A stretch of 64,000 bases of DNA, taken from Reclinomonas americana ATCC 50394 (Eukaryota). A program made the position numbers and the translations under genes. Position 1 is the first letter of the stretch. Every line of letters starts with the position of its first letter. Below are positions 1 to 10,510 of the stretch, piece after piece. The stretch spans positions 54,743 through 118,742 of the forward strand of contig PS015120.1 of assembly GCA_048213135.1 (NCBI GenBank). The letters are read 5' to 3'. Below the pieces are notes generated by a model. The model was not told where the DNA came from, searched no databases, and worked only from the letters and a program-made list of their open reading frames with translations.

Positions 1-27
1 TCTCTCTCTTTGAAATCACAATCTCAC

Positions 28-387
28 CTTATCTCCACGCAGCACTTTCCACTTGGCAATTGTGCCGCGATTTGGTGCCGTTGGTCGTGAGGCAAACGAT
101 CGCCACTGCAAGGAGAGAGAAGAGAGAGTGAGACAGAGTGAGAGCGACATTTCCCCAAGTGACACACTCACACGCACACACGATGAATGCACGCTCTTTC
201 TCTTACACACACAGGAGGAGAGGTACCACAGCAGCTGCTCTCTCTCCATCTTCTCTCTCTCTCTCTTTCACACACAGATGAGATGCGCAACTTGCTGCCA
301 CAATCCCACTGACTGATTCGATCTTGTTGCAACTGTTGCCACCTGCGCTTGTTGTACGCGCGCGCATAGCCGTGCGAGCGCCTGCAT
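28..387 (-). CDS. MRPL24: Mitochondrial ribosomal protein uL24m, 5' exons (387-292 and 105-28); continues off the left edge
   Basis: ATG at 387 gives an Arg/Ala/Gln-rich presequence-like peptide (MQALARLCARVQQ...). After a GT-AG intron, exon WRSFASRPTAPNRGTIAKWKVLRGDK matches the W-x-I/V-x-R-G-D-x-V start of the uL24 KOW region and ends at AAG|GTGAG. Confidence 0.75.
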
Positions 388-706
388 TTGCGTACGCGTG
401 AAAGTGTGAGAGAGAGGTTGTGGGACAGCGTGGTGTCCTCTCACTCTAAATCGTGGTGAAAACGACGCCCACCTGCCCACTATGTGCAAGATGAGTGCCA
501 ACGTTATCATCGGCATCAAATTCTTCATCGCCATGTGCAATTGCAGCTCTGCGAACTCGTATGCAAGTCGCGACGTCGAGCAATTGACAGTTGCAGCCCG
601 TGTCACTTGTGCCAGCCGCAAGTTCGACTGCGCAAGAAGCAGTGCTTCAAGATGAACATAGTGGCAGTGAGGATGGCACGCGCGCAGCCGCTGCACAAGC
701 GACAAG

Positions 707-1032
707 ATGATCAACGTCGACGTCGAGCATGTTTCACCAAAAAAAGCGCCAGGTTCAGCAGCAGCACGGACGCGCACTATTATCGCGAACCACATCTACA
801 CCACCTTCTTTCCCCCTGCTGGAGACCGGGAGCTCGTATGTGCGCAGGACAGCCGCGTTTTTTTTTGGCGCGAAATCGTTCTTGTTTGTTTCTCTCCGTC
901 GTGTTTAGTTGATGAGTGCGATTGAGCACGCTGTGGCGCTTCTGCGGCTGAAAGTGCAGGGAGCACTGGCGAGACATTCGCATGTGAATGCGGCGTTCTT
1001 GGCTGACAAGTTGGTGTCGTTGACAACAGAAG
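707..1032 (+). CDS. CDC16: Anaphase-promoting complex TPR subunit CDC16/APC6, 5' exons only (707-835 tentative, 909-1032)
   Basis: Exon 909-1032 (not in the ORF track) reads LMSAIEHAVALLRLKVQGALARHSHVNAAFLADKLVSLTTE|GTGAG, resembling the CDC16 N-terminal LR..V......Y.SA.F.ADKV.SL motif. The rest of the gene is not found after the gap. Confidence 0.6.
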
Positions 1033-1146
1033 GTGAGAGAGAGACAGAGACAGAGAGAGGGAAGGAGGAGTGATGGAGGCAGAGCGTGTGTGAGAGAGGC
1101 ACAGACTGAGAGAGAGGCACAGTGAAAGACCGAAGGAGAGACAGCA

Positions 1147-1177
<31 letters not shown>

Positions 1178-1842
1178 GAGAGAGAGGAGGAGACACGAGA
1201 AGAAGAGACGAAGAGAGAGAGGAGNNNNNNNNNNNNNNNNNNNNNNNNNNNNNNNNNNNNNNNNNNNNNNNNNNNNNNNNNNNNNNNNNNNNNNNNNNNN
1301 NNNNNNNNNNNNNNNNNNNNNNNNNNNNNNNNNNNNNNNNNNNNNNNNNNNNNNNNNNNNNNNNNNNNNNNNNNNNNNNNNNNNNNNNNNNNNNNNNNNN
1401 NNNNNNNNNNNNNNNNNNNNNNNNNNNNNNNNNNNNNNNNNNNNNNNNNNNNNNNNNNNNNNNNNNNNNNNNNNNNNNNNNNNNNNNNNNNNNNNNNNNN
1501 NNNNNNNNNNNNNNNNNNNNNNNNNNNNNNNNNNNNNNNNNNNNNNNNNNNNNNNNNNNNNNNNNNNNNNNNNNNNNNNNNNNNNNNNNNNNNNNNNNNN
1601 NNNNNNNNNNNNNNNNNNNNNNNNNNNNNNNNNNNNNNNNNNNNNNNNNNNNNNNNNNNNNNNNNNNNNNNNNNNNNNNNGGGAGAGGGAGAGAGAAAGG
1701 GAGGGAGGGAGAGAGAGAGAGAGACTTTCGTTGCGCCAGTAGTGACACTGCGGACTCGAGTTGCATGTCGCGCACAGTTCTGCCGTCGTTTGCTTCTGTC
1801 ACACGCCGGGTTGATGGCACCCGTCACTTAGATCGTTCTTGG

Positions 1843-2440
1843 CACTCCTCACACCGAAGCACACGTTCTATGGCTCTCTTCACTTGTTGCTTTCTCTCAC
1901 TCGTCTCTGATCCATCTCGGCACCCTCTTACCGACGCAGACATTCTGATTCTATTTTCTCGTTGCTGCCACTCTGGCCCTTTCACTGCGACCCTTCTCCG
2001 CACTCCTCGCGCCGACGCACGCTTTCTGTCTCCGATTACTTGTTTCTTCCTCTCGCCACCGTGACCCTTCTCCGCACTCCTCGCACCGACGCACTCTTTC
2101 TGTGCCTCTCCACTTTACTGCCACTCCATCGCATTCTGGTTCTCTGTACTCTCGCACCGACGCGCGCTTCTGCTTCTATTTACTCTGTACTGCCACTCTG
2201 ACCCTCTCACTGTGAACCTTCTCAGCACTCCTCGCACCGACGCACGTTTTCTGTCTCCAATCACTTGTTTCGTCCTCTCACTCGCCACTGCGACACTTCT
2301 CCGCACTCCTCGCACCGACGCACGCTTCTGCGGCTCTACTCCCACTCCGTAGCATTCTGCTTCTTTGCACTCTCTATTGTCGCCTTGCGCAATCTCTCGT
2401 TTATGTCACTCGCCACCTTGATCTTCGCACCGAGGCACGC
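1843..2440. repeat. Degenerate pyrimidine-rich minisatellite, probably in a uL24m intron
   Basis: A core close to CTCCTCGCACCGACGCAC recurs near 1843, 1925, 2003, 2077, 2150, 2228, 2306 and 2425. The sequences between cores also resemble each other. Confidence 0.8.
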
Positions 2441-2703
2441 ATTATGTGGTACCCTGTCACCCTGCTCCGTTTTTTTGTTTGTTTCCTCCTGCACATTAGT
2501 CAGTGCAGACTTGCCTTCCATACCGCACTCCTTGCACACTTGCCAACTTGGCTCTCTTCACGTTTCTTTCTGCACCCCTTGTTTCGTCCACCCCTCTTCA
2601 CTCGTCGCCTTCCCCCGTTCCCTCTTCACCTTTCCCCCTCTCTCTCTTCGCCTTTCCCCTTTTCCCCCCTTTCACTCATTCTCCCCCTCCTTCTCCCCCA
2701 CAG

Positions 2704-2926
2704 CCGCCCCTGTAAGATCGCCTTCCGATTCGAGCACCGCGCCGATGGCACCTTCGAAAGAGTGCGCATCAGTCGGGCGACACAGGCCGTGATTCCGCGA
2801 CCTGAGGTCCTGCGCGAACGCAACTACGAACGAGCGAAGAGCGACGGTCCACTCGACACGACACCCGAGGTGGTGCGGCAGGCCACTGTGAGCAGCGGTG
2901 AGCCGTTGCCGACGCCCTCGGCGTGA
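2704..2926 (+). CDS. MRPL24: Mitochondrial ribosomal protein uL24m, last exon
   Basis: Polypyrimidine tract and CAG acceptor, then RPCKIAFRFEHRADGTFERVRISRATQAVIPRP...GPLDTTPEVVRQAT*, matching the uL24m C-terminal RVR.S..TG.IIP.P and DT motifs. Confidence 0.8.
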
Positions 2927-3243
2927 GCTGGAAAGTAGCGAGCCAGCATTCAGAAACTTTTCCGAAAAAAATCTCTGGCTCGTCGCGACATTCTTCTCTC
3001 TTTCTCTCTCTGTCTTTCTCTCTTTTTCACGCTGATGCATGTTTGTCACCCCACGATTAGAGTAGCTGTGGTGTGTCGACCAGAAGAGAAAGCGGGAAGA
3101 GGGGGAGAGAGAGGGAGGAAGAGCGACGGCTGGAAGTAGTAAAAAAACAAGAATAATTTGGTACAGCGAATTTGGGCGGAAGAAGGGGGAAAGGACGGTC
3201 ACTGCATCCCTTGAGAGTTTAAACACGATAACCCGCAAGCCAT

Positions 3244-6200
3244 TTAATCCCCGCTTCCACCGTTCTTGTTTTTCCTCGCCTTCTTCTTTGGTGCCTTGAT
3301 CGGGTCGATGATCGCACCCGCTCGAATCGATACCTGTTCACACCGCAGCAGCGAGTCAGTGCCATATCTCTCGCACCTCTCCTCCCTCTCAATCACACCA
3401 CTCACCCTCGGAGCCACCATCTCGCGGTGCACAAACTCGGTGTTCCAGTTGCGTCCCACTGGCATGGCGAGGGTGCGCTCGTACTCCTGCCGATTGTGGT
3501 ACGGATGAGGCGCCTTGGGTACCAACAGATCGGCCACCATGCGATTGCGTTTCTCGTTGATGATGACGTGCTTCAGCTTGGCATCCTTGCGCTTCGCCTT
3601 CAAATCGGAAGCCTTCTTGTCGGCCGCTTCGTTGTGCTCCTTGATGAACTTGGGCACGCGGGGCGCCTTCTTGATGCCCGCACCCGACCACGATCCCCAC
3701 CCGGGTACCACATCGATCTTCGGTTGCGTCACCTCACGATCAACCAGCTCGTCCTTCTCGCGCGCAAAGTCCGTCTCCACATCCTCTCCATCCGCAAACG
3801 CGCTCTCGATGAGTGCACGCTGCTTGCTCGACAAGGATCGCATGCCCGTCTCCTCCTCCTCCTCGTCGTCGTCGCCATCGTCATAGTCGTCGTCCTTGCC
3901 TTCGTCGGCGCGGCGGGCTGCAAAAATAACACTCTCTCAGATGATCGCCCTTGGAGAAAAGAGCAGCCATTAACGTACCCTGCTTCTTCACCGCCTTGCC
4001 GCGCTGCTGTTGCTGCTGCTGTTGCTTGCCGGGAGCCGCCAGCACCCTCGACATGTCAACGTGCACGCGATCTTCGTCCATGGTCTCGTCGTCGGCGCCC
4101 TGTTTGGTGCCCGTGCGTAGAGACTTCTTCTTCGCCGTCTTCTTGAGCGCATCGGCCGGTTGCAGCCACGGATTCGCTGTCTTGCCCTTGCCGGACACAG
4201 CCTTGGCGCGCGGTTTGCCGTCCTCGTCCTCCTCTTCTCCCTTCATCTCCTCGTCCTCCTCCACATCCGCGACCGGCCGGTTAGCAGGGGTTGTGTTGGC
4301 CGGCATTGCTTGGCCATCTGTGGAGAAAAAGCCAGCAGTCACTCAGCTGTCCATCCCTACGAAATCTCCTCCTTCCCACTCATCCGCACGCAACTCGCTT
4401 TGGTGGCTCGCCCGCCGACAGTGGCCATGCTCACATCCTTCTTGTTCAGCGACACCGTGGGCGCCAGCACTGCACCAGTCGCCACTCGCAGGTTGCCTTT
4501 TAGCCGCACCGCCTTGCCGGAACTCATGCCCGCTTGAGCCACCAACTGCGACGTGCCCAGCATGGTCGGCGCCTCGTCATCCTCCTCGCCAGCCGCCTCG
4601 TCGGCCACCGCCATGCCCGGTCCGAACGACTTCTTGCCCTGCGCGAGGAGTCAGTGGGCGACAGGAAACACACAAGCTGGCTACAAGGACTCACCGGTCC
4701 ACCAGCAACCGCAGTGCTCTTCTGCTTCTGCTTCTGGGCCTTGGTCTTCTGACGCTTCTCTCGCTCCATGGCTGCCAGCTCATCGTCGCTGCCGTCGTCG
4801 CCCTCGGAANNNNNNNNNNNNNNNNNNNNNNNNNNNNNNNNNNNNNNNNNNNNNNNNNNNNNNNNNNNNNNNNNNNNNNNNNNNNNNNNNNNNNNNNNNN
4901 NNNNNNNNNNNNNNNNNNNNNNNNNNNNNNNNNNNNNNNNNNNNNNNNNNNNNNNNNNNNNNNNNNNNNNNNNNNNNNNNNNNNNNNNNNNNNNNNNNNN
5001 NNNNNNNNNNNNNNNNNNNNNNNNNNNNNNNNNNNNNNNNNNNNNNNNNNNNNNNNNNNNNNNNNNNNNNNNNNNNNNNNNNNNNNNNNNNNNNNNNNNN
5101 NNNNNNNNNNNNNNNNNNNNNNNNNNNNNNNNNNNNNNNNNNNNNNNNNNNNNNNNNNNNNNNNNNNNNNNNNNNNNNNNNNNNNNNNNNNNNNNNNNNN
5201 NNNNNNNNNNNNNNNNNNNNNNNNNNNNNNNNNNNNNNNNNNNNNNNNNNNNNNNNNNNNNNNNNNNNNNNNNNNNNNNNNNNNNNNNNNNNNNNNNNNN
5301 NNNNNNNNNNNNNNNNNNNNNNNNNNNNNNNNNNNNNNNNNNNNTTCTTTTCGGCGGCATCGCGCATGAATTTCATGCCGAGCAGACCCTGCAGCAGCAA
5401 CACGCAGCCAGTCAGCAATGAGATGGTGAGGGGAAGATGCTTCGCAAGGGGAGACCTTTTGCGGCATATCAGGCTCCTGTTTGCTCTTCAGTTTCCACAG
5501 CATGGCCTTGGCGCGTTCAGAGGAATCCATCTCCGCCATGCCGAGGTCATCCGTCGATGCATCGCTGTCGTCACTGCTGCCGTCCTTCTCGTCGCCAGAA
5601 TCATCGTCGTCCATGGACTGCACCTTCTTTCGCAGCTCGTCACCAATGCGAAGCTGCTCCGAAATGGCTTTTTGCACCTGCCGACCGACCCGCAACGCGT
5701 AAGTGACAGAAACGACTTTAAAAAATCAGCGTTGAACGACAGTACCTCCTTGCCGGCGGCACCATTCAATGAGAGCGCGTGTCGGACCCACTTGGAGGTG
5801 TTCTTGTGTCGCTGAGTCATGCGTTCCTGTGATGGGCAGCAGGATTGTGAGTGAGGGGTAGCGAAACGAGAGGAAGAAGAAGCGAGTAGGAACGAGGCGC
5901 TAGGCTCCGCAAGTTCTTTCTCCCTTCTCCCCTCCCAACTTCGCCTTCCCCCTCCGCTATTCCCCTCCCCAGTCTCCCTTCTCGCCTGATCGAGGTACCA
6001 AGCCGCGCAGGTTTCTCTCTCCCTCCTCTCCTCTCCTCCCCTCTCCTCTCCACACTCTCGTCTCCTCTCCACACTCTCGTCTCCTCTCCACACTCTCGTC
6101 TCCACACTCCTGCCCTCTCTCGTCTCCCGTCTCCTCCTATCTCCTCCCTCCCCCCTTCCCCTCCCCCCTTCCCCTTCCCCGTTCCCCTCCCCACCTTGGC

Positions 6201-7803
6201 CCGACCAAGTTCCATCTTTTCGGCCTCTTGACGCGCCAGCTCCGGATCAATCTGCTGCAGCTCCTCCAGCGACAGCTTGACATTCTCCTTCTTGCGCAGT
6301 TTGCGGTACTTTTTGCTCTTGATTCGCGCCAAACGCTTCATCTTGCGCTCGTGGAAGAAGAGCAAGCTGCGCATCTGTGCCAACTCGGCGCGTCGCTTCT
6401 CGGCCTGGGAGCTGTGTCAGCAAGGGACGGGGGAAAGAGTCCAGCCAAAAAGAAGCGCGCGCAAGACCTCTGCTGGATCCATCTCGGCCAGCTTCGCCTC
6501 CTCAAAGTTGACGAGCTTCGGCTCGGTGATACCACTCTGCTTGAGCATGTCCGACACCTCACGCTCCATGTTTGTCAGCGGCTGTCATTGGCGCAGGTGA
6601 GTTGCAGAAAAAGAGATCGACACACGTGCTCGAGCAAACCTTGTGCTCGCTGACCAACGAAGCATGTGTCACCGAGCTACGCCCGGGATCGTTCAGCGGG
6701 AATCGCAAATGCTCAGCCTGTGTGTGTGCGCGCGCGCTTGATCAGCTATCTATATGTGGGTGTGCGCGCGCAAGGGGACAGCACAACGCACATCACGATT
6801 CTGCGTCACAATCTGCTGCCAGTCCTCCGTCACCGTGTCCTTGATGTGCTCGTACGCCACCTTGCGCGTCAGCTTCTCCTGCGTGGTCTTGGCCAGTGGC
6901 GGTGCCACGACGCCCTGCACACACAAGCTGAGTGTCGCCCCTCCACCCTCATCGCCACAAACACACAGACGCACCTTGACCTGCGTCAGGCGCTCCATCT
7001 GCTTCTGCACGTTGCCAAACTCGTCCTTGCTCTGCAACGAGCCCACCAGATCGCGCAGCGTGACCTTGCCGCCCGAGCCCAGCGCAAACTGCGACTCCGC
7101 AGTCCGCCCGCCTTTCTCCGTCACCTCGCCAATCTTCAGTGCCTTGCGCGGAGGTGCACCATCGCTGTCACGCGCGACCGCCGACAACATGCGAACGTGT
7201 CGCGCTCGTGCCTCCAGCTCATCCTCCTCTTCATCGTCGTCATCGCTGCGTGCACGTCGCTTGCCAGTCACTTGCGCCTCCACACTACTCTCATCATCAT
7301 CATCATCATCATCATCGCTGCTGGCGAGGAAGTCCTCCACGCGACGATCATCTTCAGCGGAAGGCGATGCTCGTTTGGTGCCTCCAAACTCCTCCAGATC
7401 ACTGTCAAGCTCCTCATCAATGAATCCCGGAGGCAACCCGTCAAACTCCAGCGATCCCACATGACCATACTACACGCGCAGGGCGAGGTGCGTGTGTGTG
7501 AGTGTCTCGTGCACATTCACATGCACACGCACACAGCAGAGACGCAACTTGACGAATTTCCTGTTCCACTTGCCGCATCCGCTTCTCTGACATGCGTGGT
7601 CCGCGCGAGTCCTCCTCGGAACTGGCCTGGTCGTCATCGTCGTGCTGCTCAAACGGGTCTTTTCGCTGCATATCGCGCGCAGCAAAGTCTCCGTACGCGA
7701 AACCGCCGCGGCCGCGGCCACGGTGTCCTCCGCCGCGACCTCCGCGACTGCCTCCGCGCGTCTTGGCGCCACGACTCGAGGAGCCTCCTCTGCCACCGCG
7801 CAT
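3244..7803 (-). CDS. UTP14: U3 snoRNA-associated protein 14 (SSU processome), multi-exon, with a gap at about 4810-5345
   Basis: Family motifs: RKVAYE, AELAQMRSLLFFHERKMKRLARIKSKKYRK, ERMTQRHKNTSKW, GLLGMKFM, PGWGSWSGAG, RKDAKLKHVIINEK, PVGRNWNT, GAIIDPI. RGG-rich N-terminus. Confidence 0.95.
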
Positions 7804-7900
7804 CTTCGTTGGAGAATTTGTCCTGTGACTGGTTGGAGGCGACAAAGTGAGCAGCGCGGATCGGAAGCTTTGTGGCGTGAGGGGAGAGAGGTATGTGGGG

Positions 7901-8135
7901 CGGTTGGATATAGCTGATCTGCGCCTTGTCCTACAAAGGGTAAAGGGTCAAGGGTCAAGGGTCAAGGAACAGCGATTCCACGCACGCGGATGACGGGTCT
8001 GGGGTAGAAAAAGACGCTGATCACACTCACGCATCGGTTCAAGGGTAAAGGGTAGAGGAAGACACTGATTTCACATGATTTCAAGGAAAATGGACAAATT
8101 TGGTCGAGGCGCAGATCAGCTTTATCCAATGACCG
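7901..8135. mobile_element. Non-autonomous MITE with terminal inverted repeats and a 9-bp target-site duplication (Mutator/MULE-like)
   Basis: 7904-7931 TTGGATATAGCTGATCTGCGCCTTGTCC is the reverse complement of 8102-8129 with 3 mismatches; the termini are CGG...CCG. Flanks are TATGTGGGG (7892-7900) and TATGTGGAG (8136-8144). Internal AAGGGT(A/C) heptamer repeats. Confidence 0.7.
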
Positions 8136-8459
8136 TATGTGGAGGAGGTGGCGTGCTGGCGAGCTTGTTTACGAGCTCCACCCGTGGTGCAAACGTCAAC
8201 CTCGACGACTCAACATCGGGATTTTTGTTTCGCTTGCTTGCGGCGTGTCGCAGAATGCAGCGAGACTGTACTCTTCTACGCCTTGTGCACAGAGTGCGCT
8301 CGAAGCCTCGCCGTCTGCCTGTGCGACAGCGGACGTCGCAGGACGAACCCACTCTTCCGTCGACCACAGTCTTAGTCGCTCTGTGTTGTAGGTCTTCAAG
8401 TGCTCGTTGCTGTGTGTTGTTGTTGAGACGAGTTCTCACATTCTCCGCGCTCAACGTGT

Positions 8460-9190
8460 ATGGATAATAAGAACAACGGCATGGCAGCTCCTGTTGCGTT
8501 CTCTTCCTCCCATGCTCTCTCTCTCACCCTCTGTTTGCAAGTGCTCACACCACTCCTCCTCCTTCTCCTCGTCTGTCCACAGCAAGGTGAACCAGGAGAA
8601 ACTGACAGACACTGTGTGAGAGAGAGAGAGAGAGTCGGACGATATCACTCATCACTCGCTCTGCACACACACAGGTCCACCCGCTCCGATGGGCGCACAA
8701 CCAGCGTACTACCCTCCACCACCCGCGCCCGGTGGCACATACCCCATGCAGCCCATGTCACATGGTGCGCCCCCGCAATACGCACAACCGGGGTATCCTC
8801 CACAGCAGCAGCCCATGGGCTACCCGCCGCCACAACCCATGGGCTACCCCATGCAGCCACCCTCGCAGGGATACGTGCGTACTACCAATTCACGCACATT
8901 AGACATACCCATGCCACTTACACGCGCGCGCACAGCCTCCACCTGGCGGCTACCCGCCTCCGGGTTACCCGCCGCCGCCTGCTGGATACCCGCCACCGCC
9001 GCAGTACGCGCCGCCACCGGCGCCTCCGCGTGTGATGGTTCCCGGCACCACCATCACCACTGTAGAGTCGAATGCGTCGAAACGCTCCGCCAACTCATGT
9101 GTGTGTTGCGAGGATCACCCGGAGCCGGACTACGAGACGAGGCGGACGGTCACGCAGCAGTCGCCGAATGCGTTGGTTATCAACACGTAA
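8460..9190 (+). CDS. Small Pro/Gly/Tyr/Gln-rich protein of unknown function, multi-exon; both ends uncertain
   Basis: Repeated GYPPP/YPPQ motifs continue in frame across the GT-AG intron TAC|GTGCGT...CAG|CCT. The start may be at 8460 (needs a 4-nt microexon) or at 8689. Confidence 0.6.
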
Positions 9191-9345
9191 GGATGGGGTG
9201 CGCGTGATGTGAGTGTGTTTCCTCTTCTCGTGTGGTTTCTTGTTGTTTTTTTGTTTGTGCCGTAGTGAATCTACGCAGGTTTACTGAGTGTGTGTGGGAG
9301 GGGAGGGTGGTTGATGCGAGGCATTGAGTCTGGAAGTTGGTGTCG

Positions 9346-10244
9346 TCACTGGGGCGCCTGAGCTGAGGACGTTGGTGCAGTGGGTGCATTTGCCGCTTGC
9401 GGCAACTCCAGCGTTGTTACCTTTCGGCATGTCCCGTCGCGCATGTTCATGCAGAATGCCACGGTTTCGCGACACTTGCTCGGCAGGCCTTCGATTGTCT
9501 TGTAGGTCGCGGAAGCCGACAGCCAGACCACACCATCACTGCTGAGGTCCACAGCACCTGCATGCGATCGACGGTGAGTTGCGTGACATTCAGCACCCAG
9601 TAGTGCGTGGGCAATCCTTCGCAACTCCGATGACCGGCAAGAAAATTGCACAAGCGGTAGTGAGCGTCGTTGGACATCATGTTGCAGTCGGCGGTGAGCT
9701 GGTCAACTGCGCTGCGAATCCGGCGGTGCTGGCGTGCCGTTTGCAGTTGCAGTTCTTGGTGGTGTTGCTGAAGTTGCTGCTGCGCTTGATGCGCTTGGAG
9801 TTGCTGCTGTGCTTGCAGTTGCTGCTGTTGCAGCACCGGGTTAGCCGCCACTTGTTGCAGGTGCACTTGCACCTGTTGTGCAGCTCGCGCTCCCGAACAT
9901 GCCTGCTGCTGGTGTAGTGCCTGATTAGCGGCCGGCTGCGCCTGCTGTTGCTGCTGTTGGTGCAGCTGCTGTGCTGGCGATCGGTGCGTGGCAGCAGCAG
10001 CCGCTTGCTTGCTCCATCCAAACACTTGATTTGTGGTTCCCGGAGGCATTCGCTTGACTCGCTTCTTCTCTGGCTGACTGTTATTTCTATCTCGCTTCGG
10101 CTTGCGAGAGGGGCGATCGTCGTCCTCGCTCTCGCCCGCGTCCTCGTCAACGTCGTCGACTCGATCGTCAGCATCATCGCCGTCTCTGAAACTGCGCTTG
10201 CTGCCGGCACTTCGGAACATTCCAACGGGCTTATGAAGGCTCAT
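9346..10244 (-). CDS. 276-aa acidic/basic and Gln-rich protein ending in a NELF-A C-terminal-like domain (exons 10244-9626 and 9557-9346)
   Basis: Removing intron 9625-9558 (GTTGCG...CTCAC...CAG) gives NMMSNDAHYRLCNFLAGHR...DGVVWLSAS...ETVAFCMNMRDGTCRKV. By eye this aligns with the NELF-A C-terminus as recalled (NKVTRPEKALILGFMAGSR...GDVIQIKLS...DTVFEMNYATGQWTRF). Confidence 0.65.
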
Positions 10245-10510
10245 GTTCTTCTTCGTGAGATGATGCACGTGCAGACTGCTTGCGCTCAGCGAGTGTAGGA
10301 ACAAGGAAACAATGGAGTAGAATTCGAGTGCAACGCGACAATTGTTGCGCCCCCCTGTTCGACGTCAAATTGATTTAAACTGGAGATGGATACACCCCGA
10401 TGAAGTGGATGCACATCGCGTCGCATTCATGATCACCATCGCAGCAATGTTTCCTCGTCACAAAAACGGTATTTCCGCAGTCATTTACGTTGCTCACAAA
10501 GAATACAATG

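Noticed and set aside
1843-2440. CRISPR-like repeat/spacer periodicity
   Set aside because: The repeats are degenerate, the spacers resemble each other, the context is a eukaryotic intron and no cas genes are present.
6030-6110. Three to four copies of a ~19-nt repeat (CTCTCCACACTCTCGTCTC) in a UTP14 intron
   Set aside because: Ordinary slippage-type repeat within low-complexity intron sequence.
7936-7967. Interstitial telomere
   Set aside because: Only about four imperfect heptamers inside the MITE, and the organism's telomere repeat is unknown.
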